A DNA stretch of 64,000 nucleotides, taken from the NCBI GenBank assembly GCA_002633005.1, contig NMRA01000042.1:1123019-1187018 (forward strand), given 5' to 3'. Positions 12,517 to 25,300 of the stretch are shown here, piece after piece; the stretch's first letter is position 1, and each line of letters begins with the position of its first letter. The stretch comes from Phoronis australis. Taxonomy: Eukaryota; Animalia; Phoronida. The notes beneath the pieces are model-generated. The model saw nothing but the letters and a program-made list of their open reading frames with translations. It made no database searches and had not been told where the DNA came from. A program made the translations under genes and the position numbers.

Positions 12517-13405
12517 TAATTCCCTGTGGTTATTGGTGAAGGATTGCTTTTCACTTTGTCGAAAGATAAAATAGACGGTCAGGCTGCTGGTTTCAGTCTT
12601 TTTCTCTCACCTGTAACAGAATAGTCAGAGAATTATTAGCAAATTATAAAAGAAAACGCAAGACAAAACTACTTTTGTAAGGCAGAACATACTTGACGTT
12701 TCATCTTTATGTTTATATGTAGAAACTAATAATCTTTGTGCCCAAGCCTTATTTAATATCTGAATTAAAATATGTGAAACAGGCTAAAAGTGATTTAACA
12801 ATGTATATTTTTCATGACACCTAAAATGTGCTTTTGATCTCAACAAGTAAAATTCATTCTAGATGTCAGTTTTTATTCCAATGCAATGTTACGACATTTA
12901 CTGAATAGTCATATTCATGTTAATTCAGTAACTTATCTGGTAGTCCTGGAGATAGGGTCCGCTATAAAATAAGGAAACTCACTCATCTAGAGAATATTAT
13001 TGGACATAGCATAGTTTGGAAGAGAAACTGCTGTGAAAATTCTAACCTTGACTTCTGAGCGTCACGTACCATACACCTCTTATATTGGGCGCAGTCCCAG
13101 CCAGGACAATATTTGCATGCTGCTAGCCTATCCGGCATCCGAGTCCCGGGTGAGTTTCCGAAAAGAAACACTTAGTTCCACTCAATAACTGGTAACTGGT
13201 GGGGATAACATCACCGCACGATGTCGTTAGAAAATGTCAATGGAAATCCATAGAGCACACACGGGGCTTCGGCATCCACACACCTTTTGTCAGTTGGTTG
13301 ACCCTTTTGACCTCAATTCTCCATGAATGTAGCAACCTTGGGAATTTGTGACCACCTGTCGTAGACTTGCACCAAGGAAAATAATAAGGCTTAGTGCGAC
13401 GACAT
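12517..13405 (-). pseudogene. Two-exon THAP zinc-finger pseudogene (transposon-associated type)
   Basis: Exon ~13215-13405: ATG at 13405, then frameshifted PWCKSTTGGHKFP..LHSWRIEVKRVNQLTKGVWMPKP..VCSMDF..FLTTSC(G). GT..AG intron 13214-12611. Exon from 12610 reads GERKRLKPAA*PSIL, the THAP LKxxAVPSIF terminus. Contains stops and frameshifts. Confidence 0.6.
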
Positions 13406-13567
13406 ATTTTGAAAACAATTCCGTCTTTTTACCAGCTGTTTACATGCAGACGACGACGCATGAGCAATTCAATCACCACTAGTACAGCAGCGAAACCGCG
13501 AGAGAATTCTCCGAATAGCCCAATTAAGCACCGATTTGTCTGTACTGACAACCTAGGTAAAACAGGC

Positions 13568-15432
13568 CACATTCCTCTATCAGTAATGCTATTTTGTTTG
13601 CGTAAAGCGCTACCAGTTGAGAATTCGATCAGCCAATCAGAAACTCCCGTGTAAAAATGTTGCGAGGAAAATTAAATGATACCTGTTTGTTCTCTACACG
13701 CAGAGAACCAACGAGTACCCCGCGCTCGACAATTCACTTAAATAAATGGAGAACGACCAATTCGAAGGAAAAATTTGGCGCGATCACATTTGATCCCAGA
13801 CTCAGTCACCATAATTAAGTAAATCACAGTCATGATTTGCAATGAAATCATTGTGGTAAAATCCGAACCTGAGTGAATGACCGACTGAGTCTCAAGTTTC
13901 CGCGTCCCTATTGGTTCTCGACCGTCTTCTGGGTCTGCGTCCTGCTGCTCTCAAACCTGCCGGAGTCGGCAGCATTAAAAGACGATAGAGATCGCAGATT
14001 ACAAGTGTTTTCCAATTCCTCATTTATTAACTTACACGGTTTGACTTCTCATGTCCATATTCTTCCTTCATCAGTCATGCTACTTTGTGTGCGTAAAACG
14101 CTACCTGTTAAGAATTCGACCACTGAGCTAATCAGAAACGCATTTGTAAAAAATGCCCCGAGGAAAATTAAATGATACCTGTTTGTTCTCTACACGCAGA
14201 GAACCAGCGAGTACACAGCGCACCTAAATAAACGGAAAACGACCCGGCAAAATTTGGCGCGATCACTTTTGATCCCAGACTCAGTCACCATCATTAAGTA
14301 AATTACAGTCATGACTTGCAAAATCATCGAGGTAAAAGTGAGTAACTGACCGAGTCGGCCCCGCGTCCCTATTAGTTCCCCTCTTCTGGGTGTGCGTCCT
14401 GCTGCGCTCTATTCTGCAGGCGCAGCACGTACAAGAATTTAGGATTCGAAACGTTTAAAACAGTATTTAATTTGTGAGTGGCACCACTTTTGAATTACGG
14501 GTCATCTGTTTGGGGTTACAAAAATTTTGGTAATGATGAAAACATTCAAAACAGAGCTATGTGTTTTTATTTAGGGGTAAGCCGATTTACAGCCACTCAT
14601 GGTGTTAGTGGCGATATGGGGTGGGACTCCACCGGAAATAGATTTAAATTGAATATGCTGCGTCTTTGGAACAAACTAGTAACCACAGGTGGTGATAGAT
14701 TACTGAAGAAGGTATTTCTATGAGACTACTCTGTTGGTAAAAAGGGTTGGATAGACGGAATCAAAAACTTGGTTAACATAAGTGGTATACAATCCTGTTT
14801 TCAAAATTTGACTACTTGTAACATAGTAGATGCTAGAAACAAACTATTTGAATACTCGAAAATGTTTGGACTGAGTCTGTTGTAACAAACCCCAAGCTGA
14901 GAACCTACATTTTATTCACTAGTTTTTAACTGAGCGATCTCTTCTGGCTCAGCTTAGAACAGGAAATCTCCCATGACACTTGGAAACTAGTAAGTGAAAG
15001 ACTTGGCTTGTGTTGTGATTCTGGTTCTGTGGAGGATGAGCTACATTTGTGTTTGATTGTTCTCTTTATAACTCACGCCGTAGGTCTATTTTGTATAAGT
15101 CAAATCCCGAACTTTTCAGATTTCAGGATTAGAAACGATAAAACTGCTGTTTCAGTATTTCCCTAAGCAATTTGCCAAATATATCAAGAGTGCTTTTGAG
15201 CTAAGAAACTGACGCATTTATGGTAGGCCTACATCTGAGTTGTGTGGTTAAAGTGACTAATAAGCCCAACTGGGCTGGGTACTTATCTTTCTTAAGAATG
15301 TTATACCTATAACTGTTTGAATTAATTGTACTTGTCACTATATAATAAATACTACTACTACAGACGATAGAGCCACGCAGATACAAATGTTTTCCAATTC
15401 CCCATATATTAACTTACACAGCTTGACTTCTC
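13568..15432. repeat. Diverged ~490-bp direct duplication; the second copy is interrupted by a LINE fragment
   Basis: 13568-14056 and 14057-14428 share long blocks such as aggaaaattaaatgatacctgtttgttctctacacgcagagaacca and gatcccagactcagtcacca. The remainder of copy 2 (agacgatagag...ttttccaattcc...ttgacttctc) resumes at ~15362-15432. Confidence 0.8.
14429..15361 (+). mobile_element. 5'-truncated, decayed non-LTR retrotransposon (CR1/L2-group-like): RT C-terminal region and 3' tail
   Basis: PLLNYGSSVWG..IQNRAMCFYLGV..GDMGW..LRLWNKL, then KPKLRTY, RSLLAQLRTG and VEDELH fragments with stops. AATAAA at 15344-15349 is followed by an (ACT)n tail. Confidence 0.8.
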
Positions 15433-16254
15433 TCCACTTGTCCAAGTCCATGTTTGCCAGTCCTCTTAGCACTCACAGGTCACGACTTGAATTGTCGAAT
15501 GAACTTCTTGGTCAGTAGATCAATATATTCGACAATCTTTACATTACTAGAGGGCGCGCGTGTACTAGTGGTCATAAGCAGCCTTCTATGTATCGTGACT
15601 TTCGTCAATCCTCAAAATCTAAGATTTAAGAATGTAATTGTGATATGTTTGGGGTAGGCCAAGTTTGGGGGCATTTTGTAGGTGGGCATTGCATGTTTGC
15701 TCAGTGAATGTGGTTTGTTTTTGTGAACATGCTGAGAATAAAAAAGACCACTTTCTCGGCTGTAGCTGCACTCTTCTTCAAGAATGTGGTCCCCTGTTGC
15801 AATTGTGCAACTGAGAAATTAGCCGCGATTTCAGGTAGCCCTCAAACAAGCCAGATTTTCAAAAAACTAGTTGGTTGACAGTACTTTTGGACCACATTTT
15901 TGGAATCGGAAGGAAATTTGCTTTCACAATCTAATGTTGGCTTTAGTGGGGCATCGGCAGGGAAGTGGTGATTATTAGGGTGAAAATTGCCGATTTTGCA
16001 TTTTTTGCCCTTATTTTTCTTAGTTCAGCTTGGTTTCCCCGGCACTGGGAGTGAAAGGGTCAATGAATTACAAGAGGGTACAAAGTTTCTGTGCTCATCT
16101 GTAGGGCTTGTGATGTGAAATGACTCAAAACTTTTCTTTATTTGCATGCAGTTTTTGACAGAGTGAAGAAAGGGTGAAGAGTCCATTGACGTGTGTTCTT
16201 GTATAGGCAAATCCCTATGAGAACTGTTCAGTGCCTCCTTAGCATTCACGCACT

Positions 16255-16465
16255 CCCAGGTGCCCCGGCAATTACGATTTTCGTTCCTCCAAAACATAAA
16301 GAGCAGTTTCCGCTTTTCGAGTCATCGGCAACGCCGCGGTTAGAAACCAATTTACTGCGAAAATTTATGGCAAATCCGATTTTTCCGCGGAAATATAACA
16401 AAAATGCGCGGAAGGAATAAGAGTAAAAGCGGAAATCCGCGTTTCCGCGGAAAATTCCAAGCCTG
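16255..16465. mobile_element. Truncated copy (one end) of the MITE at 33007-33508
   Basis: cccggca...cgttcctccaaaacataaagagca...tttccgcggaaaattccaagcctg aligns to 33292-33508. Confidence 0.75.
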
Positions 16466-17794
16466 AACTTCAAATAATCATCAGATTCCGCCTGTATTAT
16501 TTCCATCTGCATTAGGAGTAGTCACTATTCTTAAGACGTTATTCGCTCTGCAGCTTACAAAATGTGATAATGACGGAAGTAGAGGTCCTGTTTTTGCTTT
16601 TGATCGTATGTCATTTAATTGGTCAGTCAGTAACCAGTCAAAGGGACATTATTGGCGACAAAAGCTACTGTAATTTCCTGAGCGGGTCAGATCAGCGCGT
16701 AATCGAACCTGCACTCACCCGCGTTCGCAGTCTAACGCTTTGCAGTGGCAGAGCTGAACCACATTAAAATATCACTCGAAAAGCAAAACGGGCTTAGCCA
16801 GTGTTTGCATGGTAACATTGGTCAAAGTTTATAACTGTCCAGTAATTCCTAAGACTGATGCGTTTTTCGGGCCTAAAACCGATAGTGTCCGCGCATTTCG
16901 CTCAGTTGAGCTCATTAAAATTGGAAATAGACGGAATTAGGTCTGCTGTCTCTCAAAAAAATTTTCCTTATCCTGGCAGGGTTCTATTTCGGTTACCATT
17001 TTTTAACCTCTGATATATGGACTCAGCTATCATAATGCAAATATGACCGTATTTATTAAAAACGGTTTCAGTTTTTTGGTGGAACCAAACTACACTAGGA
17101 TCAAATCACTAAGTCACCGCAGTGTTGCGACCGAATTTTCAGTACAAAACGTTACACATTTCAAATGGATTTTTTTAAAATTTCTGGTGACATCTGTTTA
17201 TAATCGGCATTTTTGATTTTAAAACTAATTTTGTGTCGCAGCCGATCTAAATCAAAAGTTCCCTTTTGTGATGGAAGTTGGGTTTGTAGCCGCTTTTAAG
17301 TTACCTCCGCCTTATCCGAAAAGTCTGCACGTTATTAGACCACTTTTCAAAACCATAAAGTTTAACTCTACAAAAGTAAACGTCGTTCTGAAAGTAGAAA
17401 GAATGTAAATTTGATCTTCGACTTCATACTACTCTGTCATTGATCGGTTAACATGACAGATTATTCTTTTTAAACTTAGGAAAATAGTAAAACAACAGTG
17501 AATAACATGACCATTTCTCGTTTGGAATAAATGTTTAAAAACGAAATCCCAAGAACACTGTCAAGGCTTCGTAAGGTTTCTTTTCGTTTTATGTAATTTT
17601 TAATTCGTTTATTATAAAAATCAGTAATGGCCTACTTTATGATGACCCTTCAGGCCAATATGGGCTTGCACCACGCCTTGATCACGATATATTTCGCTCT
17701 CCCTCGCCACTTTTAGCTCTGCCAAATCCCCCCGGAAACCACCAATGTCACCCACCAACCAGCTTGCCCCCCACCATATAATTTATATATTTAT

Positions 17795-18345
17795 TTATAT
17801 GATGTTGACAACGGACGACTGGTGTGCCCCCTAGTGGCAATTTTAGTTTTTTACGTTTACTTCCGTATCTTCAAAGGTCCTCAACAGATTTTCATAAAAT
17901 TTTGAATATAGTATCTATTGGTGAGATGACGCTGTGCTCCTGTTTATTTTTTGATAGAATTGAGGTATTTTGCGCCACCTAGTGGCCATTTTTGCTGTTT
18001 TCAAATATTGTTTTTGGCGACCACCCCTCTATCAACCAAGTCATTCCAGGAATGGTTTTGAATATTGCCGTATATGTTCTCAGTGTGAATAGGACGTTTG
18101 ATTATGGGGAGTGACTACTGTGGCGCCTCCTAGTGGTAGTTTTGTTTTGCGTATCTCCTAAACCCACTGCAGGATCTTTATTAAACTTAGTATGTGTATT
18201 TATATGAAGATAACAACGGACGGCGACTTTCAAGTGGATCCAACGGATGCTGTGCCCACAAGTGGCAATTTCATTTTATTCTGTTTTCCTCCCGGTTCTG
18301 TCAAGTTCCTTGACATATTTTTATGAAATTGGCATGTTCCCGTTT
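17795..18345 (-). mobile_element. Reverse-oriented fragment of the HINE/Helentron-like tandem unit
   Basis: Reverse-complement matches to the 41450-42850 unit, with motifs gccccctagtggcaa (~17826), gcgccacctagtggcca (~17972) and ggcgcctcctagtgg (~18122). Confidence 0.7.
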
Positions 18346-19079
18346 TTGGACGGTTGTACGTTTTTGCGGCATCATTATGATACAAATAAATAACCCAAAA
18401 AGCACACCATTTGCGATGCATTCGAGGGCGTATTTCAACGCTCCGCCTTGCACTTATCTTCAGCAGGTTTGAAATGAGGATTAGTAGCGATAGGATTTAT
18501 TTCATGCACGTGCATAGGTGCGTGGCGGGGTTGAAGCAATTGCTCCCTAGATATTGTGAAAATTGAGGAAAATTTAGACAGCAGGGCACCCAATAAAAGG
18601 CTGGAAAGACGAATAAAAAGCGACTAGAGTGGGATTGGTGGAGGGAAACTTTTACGAGGCGGTGAAGTTGATGGTGACCTGGCCTAAGTAAAAATCCAGC
18701 AAACGGTTTAGGAGATACATGAGCGCAAAAAAGAAATGAAACTTGAGGAAGCGCTAGAGTAGTCAAAGTCGTCGGAAAATCATCTTCAGCCGTTCACTTC
18801 ATAGTAAACACATACATGCCAAGTTTCACAATTATCCTGAAAGCGGTTTGGTTGATAGAGGATTGGACGCCAAAAACAGACGAAAACAGTAAAAATGGCC
18901 ACTAGGTGGCGCAAACTAGGTCAAATTCATCTGAAAACGGAGAGATGGCGTCACCTCATATGCCTGTATGTCAAATTTTATGAAAATACGTTGAGGACCT
19001 TTAACGACACATCATATACGTACACTTACTAAATTTAGAAAAGATCCTACTAACGGTTTAGGAGATACAGCCATAGGCG

Positions 19080-19135
19080 CTCGCTGGTTCCCTGCGTGCT
19101 TAGCCCAGCCTCGCGGCACGCAGGGAACCAGCGAG
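19080..19135. mobile_element. 56-bp palindromic mini-element with target-site duplication
   Basis: Perfect 20-bp TIR CTCGCTGGTTCCCTGCGTGC with a 16-bp spacer. CCATAGGCG is duplicated at 19071-19079 and 19136-19144. The empty site is visible in the paralogous unit at ~42021-42045. Confidence 0.85.
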
Positions 19136-19300
19136 CCATAGGCGCAAAAAGAAAACAAAGCTCAAACAGTAAGAATGGCAACCATGTGGCGCAATCTACG
19201 CCGAATTCATCCGAAAACAGGAGGATAGCGTCATCTCACTAATAGGTGCTTATGTACCAAATTTTATGAAAATCCGTTGAGGACTATCGCAGATATAGAG

Positions 19301-22300
19301 AAGGCGATATTTTTTCAAATGAGACAATATTATTTAGTCTCAAAGTGTGCGGAACGGTTCCGCACTTTTTTAATATCCACTTAGGGCCATAAAAAATGGT
19401 ATGTAACAAATCTATACCTTACCCTAAACATGTTTACAATGTTACATTTTTATTTACTCAATTGGCATTTTCTTAATTAGAAGTTCAATTTTTGCCTTGA
19501 GGAGTATTCCGCACTGAGTGCGGAATATTCTGCAAAATCTGCGGAATATTCCGCACCGAGTGCGGAATGTTCCGCAAGGGTGCGGAATATTCCGCAAGGG
19601 TAAGGAATATTCCGCAGATTTTGCGGAATATTACGCATTTTGCGGAATATTACGCAGATTTTGCGGAATATTACGCACTGCGCAAGTTTTGTGGAATACT
19701 GTGACTTGAGAAATATTATGTATATTTTGTGGAATAATAATCAAAATAATAACTTATTTTTAAAAATAAATGTGAAAGTTCCTGAAGGGTTCCACAAACA
19801 GAAAAGTTTAGCACAGGACTAAAATTTTTAATTTTCTCCCGGCCCAATAAACATGAATTACATTCCATTCTAAATAGTACTTGAGAGTATAATGTGCCCA
19901 CTCTCAATAATATATTAATCAATGTGACGGTTGCAGAAGGGTTCCACATGCGGAACGGTTCCGCAAACAGAATGGTTTTTTGAAGAACACAATTTTTTTA
20001 ATTCTCATGACCAATAAAGTTAAAATGCATTCCATAATCAATATCACTTGAAAGTATCAATGTGACAATCCTAATAATAATTACTTGATCCATGTGACAG
20101 TTGCGGAACCATTCCGCATGCGGAACCGTTCTTTATGGGGAGCAATTTCCCAAAACGAATGGTTTTGCTGGGTATTCGATTTCACCAATCAACTTAAATT
20201 GCATTACATTATCAATGCCACTTGAAAGTATCGATGTGACAATCCTAACAGTAATTAGTTGATCAATGTGACAGTTGCGGAACCGTTCCGCATGCGGAAC
20301 CGTTCCGCAAACAATACTTTTGTGATCCTCACAAGTTTTAAAAAAAATTTCTTTCACATTTCAGTTGAAATATACTCTATTCTCAATAGCATATGGAAAT
20401 ATCAATGTGTCAACATGAGCAATGATTGATCAGTGGGGAACTTGCTGAATGGTTTGTGATGAAGAAGCCTACCTCAAGCAGACTCCGGCGAAAAATTGAC
20501 ATCTTGTTAATGCTATTTTACCGCTTTTGGCAGAACCTTAACACAAGCCATGAAATATTCATATCTTAACGTACAAAAGGCATTAAACATAAAAGTATCA
20601 GAATATCTACTCCAACAATAATTAATTATTAAAAGTGACACTTGCGGAACCGTTCCGCATGCGGAACCGATCGCAAACAATACTTTTGTGATCATCAGTT
20701 AGAAGTTTAAAAAAATTTTCTTGCAAATTCAGGTGAAATATACTCTATTATCAATAGCATATGGAAATATCAATGTGTCAACCTGAACAATGATTGATCA
20801 GTGGGGAACTTGCAGAATGGTTTGTGATGAAGAAGCCTACCTCAAGCGGACTCGGTGGAAAAATCGACATATTGTCTATGACATTTTACCGCTTTTGGTA
20901 GAACCTTAACACAAGCCACGAAATATTCGAATCTTAATGCGGAAAAAGCATTAAACATAAAAGTATCAGAATTTCTACCCTAGCAATAATTAATTATTAA
21001 AAGTGACAGTTGCGGAACCGTTCCGCATGCGAAACTGTTCCGCAAACAATACTTTTGTGATTCTCACAAGTTTTAAAAAAGTTTTCTTGCACATTTCAGT
21101 TGAAATATACTCTATTCTCCATAGCATATTGAAATATCAATGTGTCAACATGAACAATGATTGATCAGTGGGGAACTTGCTGAATGGTTTGTGATGCAGA
21201 AATCTACCTCAAGCAGACTCGCGTAAAATTGACATCTTGTCTATGCCATTTTACCGCTTTTGGCAGAACCTTAACACAAGCCATGAAATATTGAAATCTT
21301 AACGTACAACAAGCATTAAACATAAAAGTATCAGAATTTGTACCCTAACATTAATTAATTAATGTGACAGTTGCGGAACCGTTCCGCATGCGGAACCGTT
21401 CCGCAAACAATACTTTTGTGATCCTCACAGGTTTTAAAAAATTTTTCTTGCACATTTCAGTTGAAATATACTCTATTCTTAATAGCATATGGAAATATCA
21501 GTGAGTCAACATGAGAAATGATTAATAAGTGGGGAACTTGCTGAATGGTTTGTGATGCAGAAACCTACCTCAAGCAAACTCGGGGAAAAATCAACATATT
21601 GTCTATGACATTTTACCGCTTTTGGTAGAACCTTAACACAAGCCACGAAATATTCGAATTTTAATGTGGAACAAGCATTAAACATAAAAGTATCAGAATT
21701 TCTACCTCAACAATAGTTAATTAATAAAAGTGACAATTGCGGAACTTCCGCATGTGGAAAAATTCCGCATGGGGAGCGATTTCCGAAACCGAATGGTTTT
21801 GCGTGGTATTTGATTTCACCAGTCAACTTAAAATGCATTCCATTATCAATGCCACTTGAAAGTATTGATGTGAAAATCCTAACAGTAATTAGTTGATCAA
21901 TGTGACAGTTGCGGAGTCGTTCCGCAAGCGGAATGGTTCCGCAAACAATACTTTTGTGATCCTCACAAGTTTTAAAAAAATTTTCTTGTAGATTCCAGTT
22001 GAAATATACTCTACTCTCAATAGCATATGGAAATATCAATGTGTCAACATGATTAATGATTGATCAGTGGCGAACTTGCTGAATGGTTTGTGATGCAGAA
22101 ACCTACCTCAATCAGACTCGCGAAAAATTGACATCTTGTCTATGCCATTTTACCGCTTTTGGCAGAACCTTAACACAAGCCATGAAATATTCAAATCTTA
22201 ACGTACAACAAGCATTAAACACAAAAGTATCAGATTTTGTTCCCTAACAATAATTAATTAATATAAGTGACAGTTGCGGAACATTTCTGCATGCGGAACC

Positions 22301-25300
22301 GTTCCGCAAACTATAGTTTTGTGGAGCTCACAATTTTTTAAACGTCTTAGACATTAAGGTTGAAATATATTCTATTCTCAATAACACGTGAAAATATCAA
22401 TGTGTCATCATGAGCAACAATTAATCAGTGAGGAACTTGCTGAATGGTTTTTGATGCAAAAACCTACCCCTAGCAGTCTCAGGGAAAAATTGATATCTTG
22501 TCTATGCCATTTTACCGCTTTTGGTAGAATGTTAATACATGATACGGAATATTCAAATGTTAATGTGTAACAAGTATGAAACATAAATGTCTAAGAATTT
22601 ATACCGTAACAATAATTAACTAATAAATGGAACACTTGCGGAACCGTTCCGCAGGATGTCAATTTTATATAATATTTCCCAGTTAAATGGTTTTCTTACA
22701 TCAGTGTTAGAGCACAATTTATTTTTCCATGATTTAATGGGAAAATTAATTTTTATTTTTTTTTCTTTAATGTCCTGTGTATGGGCAATGACATGAGCAA
22801 AAAAGTAGGGTTCTCCAATTAGTTTTCAAGCTACAGAAAATTCACTTTCTCAAAAATACGCTAAATTTCACAACTACAGCTTTGATTCGCCACATGATGA
22901 TTTTGCCCTATCGATGGTAATGTGAAAAACGTTTAAGTTAAAGGGAATAAACTTACGAAACAAATTTCATTGTAAATGAATTAAAATTTGCTGGTGTACA
23001 ACGAATTAAGATGCAGTCATGTATAGTGTCTACATTTTTGTTTGTTAAAGAATTTATTTACGAATGAGTAGAAAGTAAAAATAGCAAAGTACCATTTGAA
23101 TGACCACGTGATTCAACAGCCTAAAGATGGTAAAATATTGTTCTTGTTTAAATAAGTTTGGATGTGCAAAAATGCGGCTGCCATAGTTTTGGGTTCTCCT
23201 TGTTATATCAGCAGATTCCACAATTTAGAACAAAAACAATTGCCAAAGTTGCCATTTTTCCAGTTTAACAAGTAGCGAAGTAAATGTTTACATCCTTTTT
23301 ACTTTTGTTGAAAATTTGACAAAATAAAATTTTACTGTTCCACCATATTGCGTTATAAATAGAGGAATCTTTACTTTAATGTATAGAGACCCTATCACTC
23401 TAGCCAAGGTGGGGGAAATCTTTCTTAGCCACTGAAGTTAAATTGCCAATCTCCTGTTGTCCTCAGCATGGTAATGTGATGCAAACAGAGCAATAAATGG
23501 TCAATACAGCTTGGAGGTCAACCTGCCAGTGTGTCAACTGGTTTATAACAGTTGGACTTTGATTCAGAGATTTTGAGATTGTACACCCATAAATTAGGAA
23601 CCTGGTGAAAAGCAATGGTGTAAAGTAGAGGTTTAAAGATGGGAAAAGTAAAAGTGCATACAAAGAAAAGAAAAAAATACAAATTTATCAAAGACAGAAC
23701 AACAAATTTCAGGCCAAAAGAATCCTCAAATATAACACATGAATTGAATGTAGAGAATACAGTGCTTTTGTGACAAACTTGTTCACTGTTTTGGGTACTA
23801 CAGTTGCTTATACTGGTATGAAAAATATCCATGAAAACTCCAGCATAGAATGAACTTAAAGTTTAATAACTTATTATGCACCTAAAGTACTTTAATTCTA
23901 AGGTGATTGCATTAGAATTAAATGGTCAAGTTCTAAGAAAAAATGAACAATGACCTAGCAGTGTGCATAAACATTTTTAGGAATATATGATTAGTTGCTT
24001 AAATTTACTATCCCTCTTGGTGAGTGACTGTCTATTCTCAAGCAGTTCTTTAGTAGACCTGGCAAAGCCAACAATGCAGGGTATTAACTGATGTTATCAG
24101 GCTTGGCCTGAGCTAACTAATTCGATTACATAACTGGATACCACTGTGGGGACAGTACTGGTTTTGAAGTGAAATGGGATGGTCAACCACCATTAGATAT
24201 GACTGTTGAACTAACTGCATATCTAGTGATCCATATGAAAGTCTAGATTCATCTGCATCAATCAGTTTCACAACAGGCTAGTAGTTCATTTGTCACTTGC
24301 AATGTTAGTTTTTTCACTCTCATTAATGTTATCACCAGAATTGGTGAAAGTGGTGTGGGTTGCCCTTGCCAGTTCTTGTAGTCAGTCTTAAATAAACAAA
24401 ATTTGAGAAATTTCACTCACTCACTTTTACAGACATTCACACACATAGTTTGAAAATGGTGATAACAAAGATAATAAAAATACCAATAATAATAACACCA
24501 ATAATAATAACACCTGGTAATTCTGATATTACTAATAGTAATTAGAACAATAAAAACATGTAGTAACTACTGCAGTATTATTACTATTTAAACGGCAGAG
24601 AAAACTGAGACTGTTGGGCTCTGGAATTGAAAAAATATTATACCCCTATGGATATGGAATTGTGTGGTATTCAAAAGGCGTGGGTAATGAGCTTCGTTCG
24701 ACAGCGATGTATAGATATAGAAAATCAAGTGTGGCAAGAAGCTGTAAATTAGATACATAGCAATTTTTCAAATTACATCTTAAAAAGGAAAATATTAGAC
24801 ATAGAGAAACCGTGTATGAGGTCTCCACTGGTGCATATTTGATGCACAAATCATTCGCTAATAGAATGATAAAGCTGGGACAACATTTTGAATGCTGAGA
24901 GAAGTTAAACTTCGTTCAAGTTGGGACATTAGTCGAAAAATTGAAAACAAGTACCTGACTTTTTAATTGTGTCCCCAGGCCTTAGAATTAGTTTTGAGAT
25001 TCCAGTTGTCTCTTGAGAACTGTCCATATATGTTTCAAAAGTTATGCAAGCAAATGAAGAGCCAAGTGAAAAGAAATGTTGTGAAGTTCATGTTTTTGCT
25101 AATAAGTGTAAACTGTCTGTACTAAACGATGATCGAACTTGAATGTGAACATAATAATGAGAATGAGCTCCACAAAGCTATTGTTTCTGGAACCATTCTG
25201 CTTGGGGAACAAATCCGAAACAGTCACATTGATCAACTAATTATTGTTAGGATTGTCACGTTGATACTTTCAAGTGGTATTGAGAATGGGATGCATTTTA

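Noticed and set aside
19950-22650. CRISPR-like appearance (palindromic ~36-bp repeats separated by spacers)
   Set aside because: The spacers are 140-365 bp and are themselves repeats, there are no cas genes, and the context is a eukaryotic transposon arm.
25015-25060. CP.ICFKSYASK zinc-finger-like fragment in the foldback spacer
   Set aside because: It needs a frameshift, is followed by a stop and lacks the His pair.
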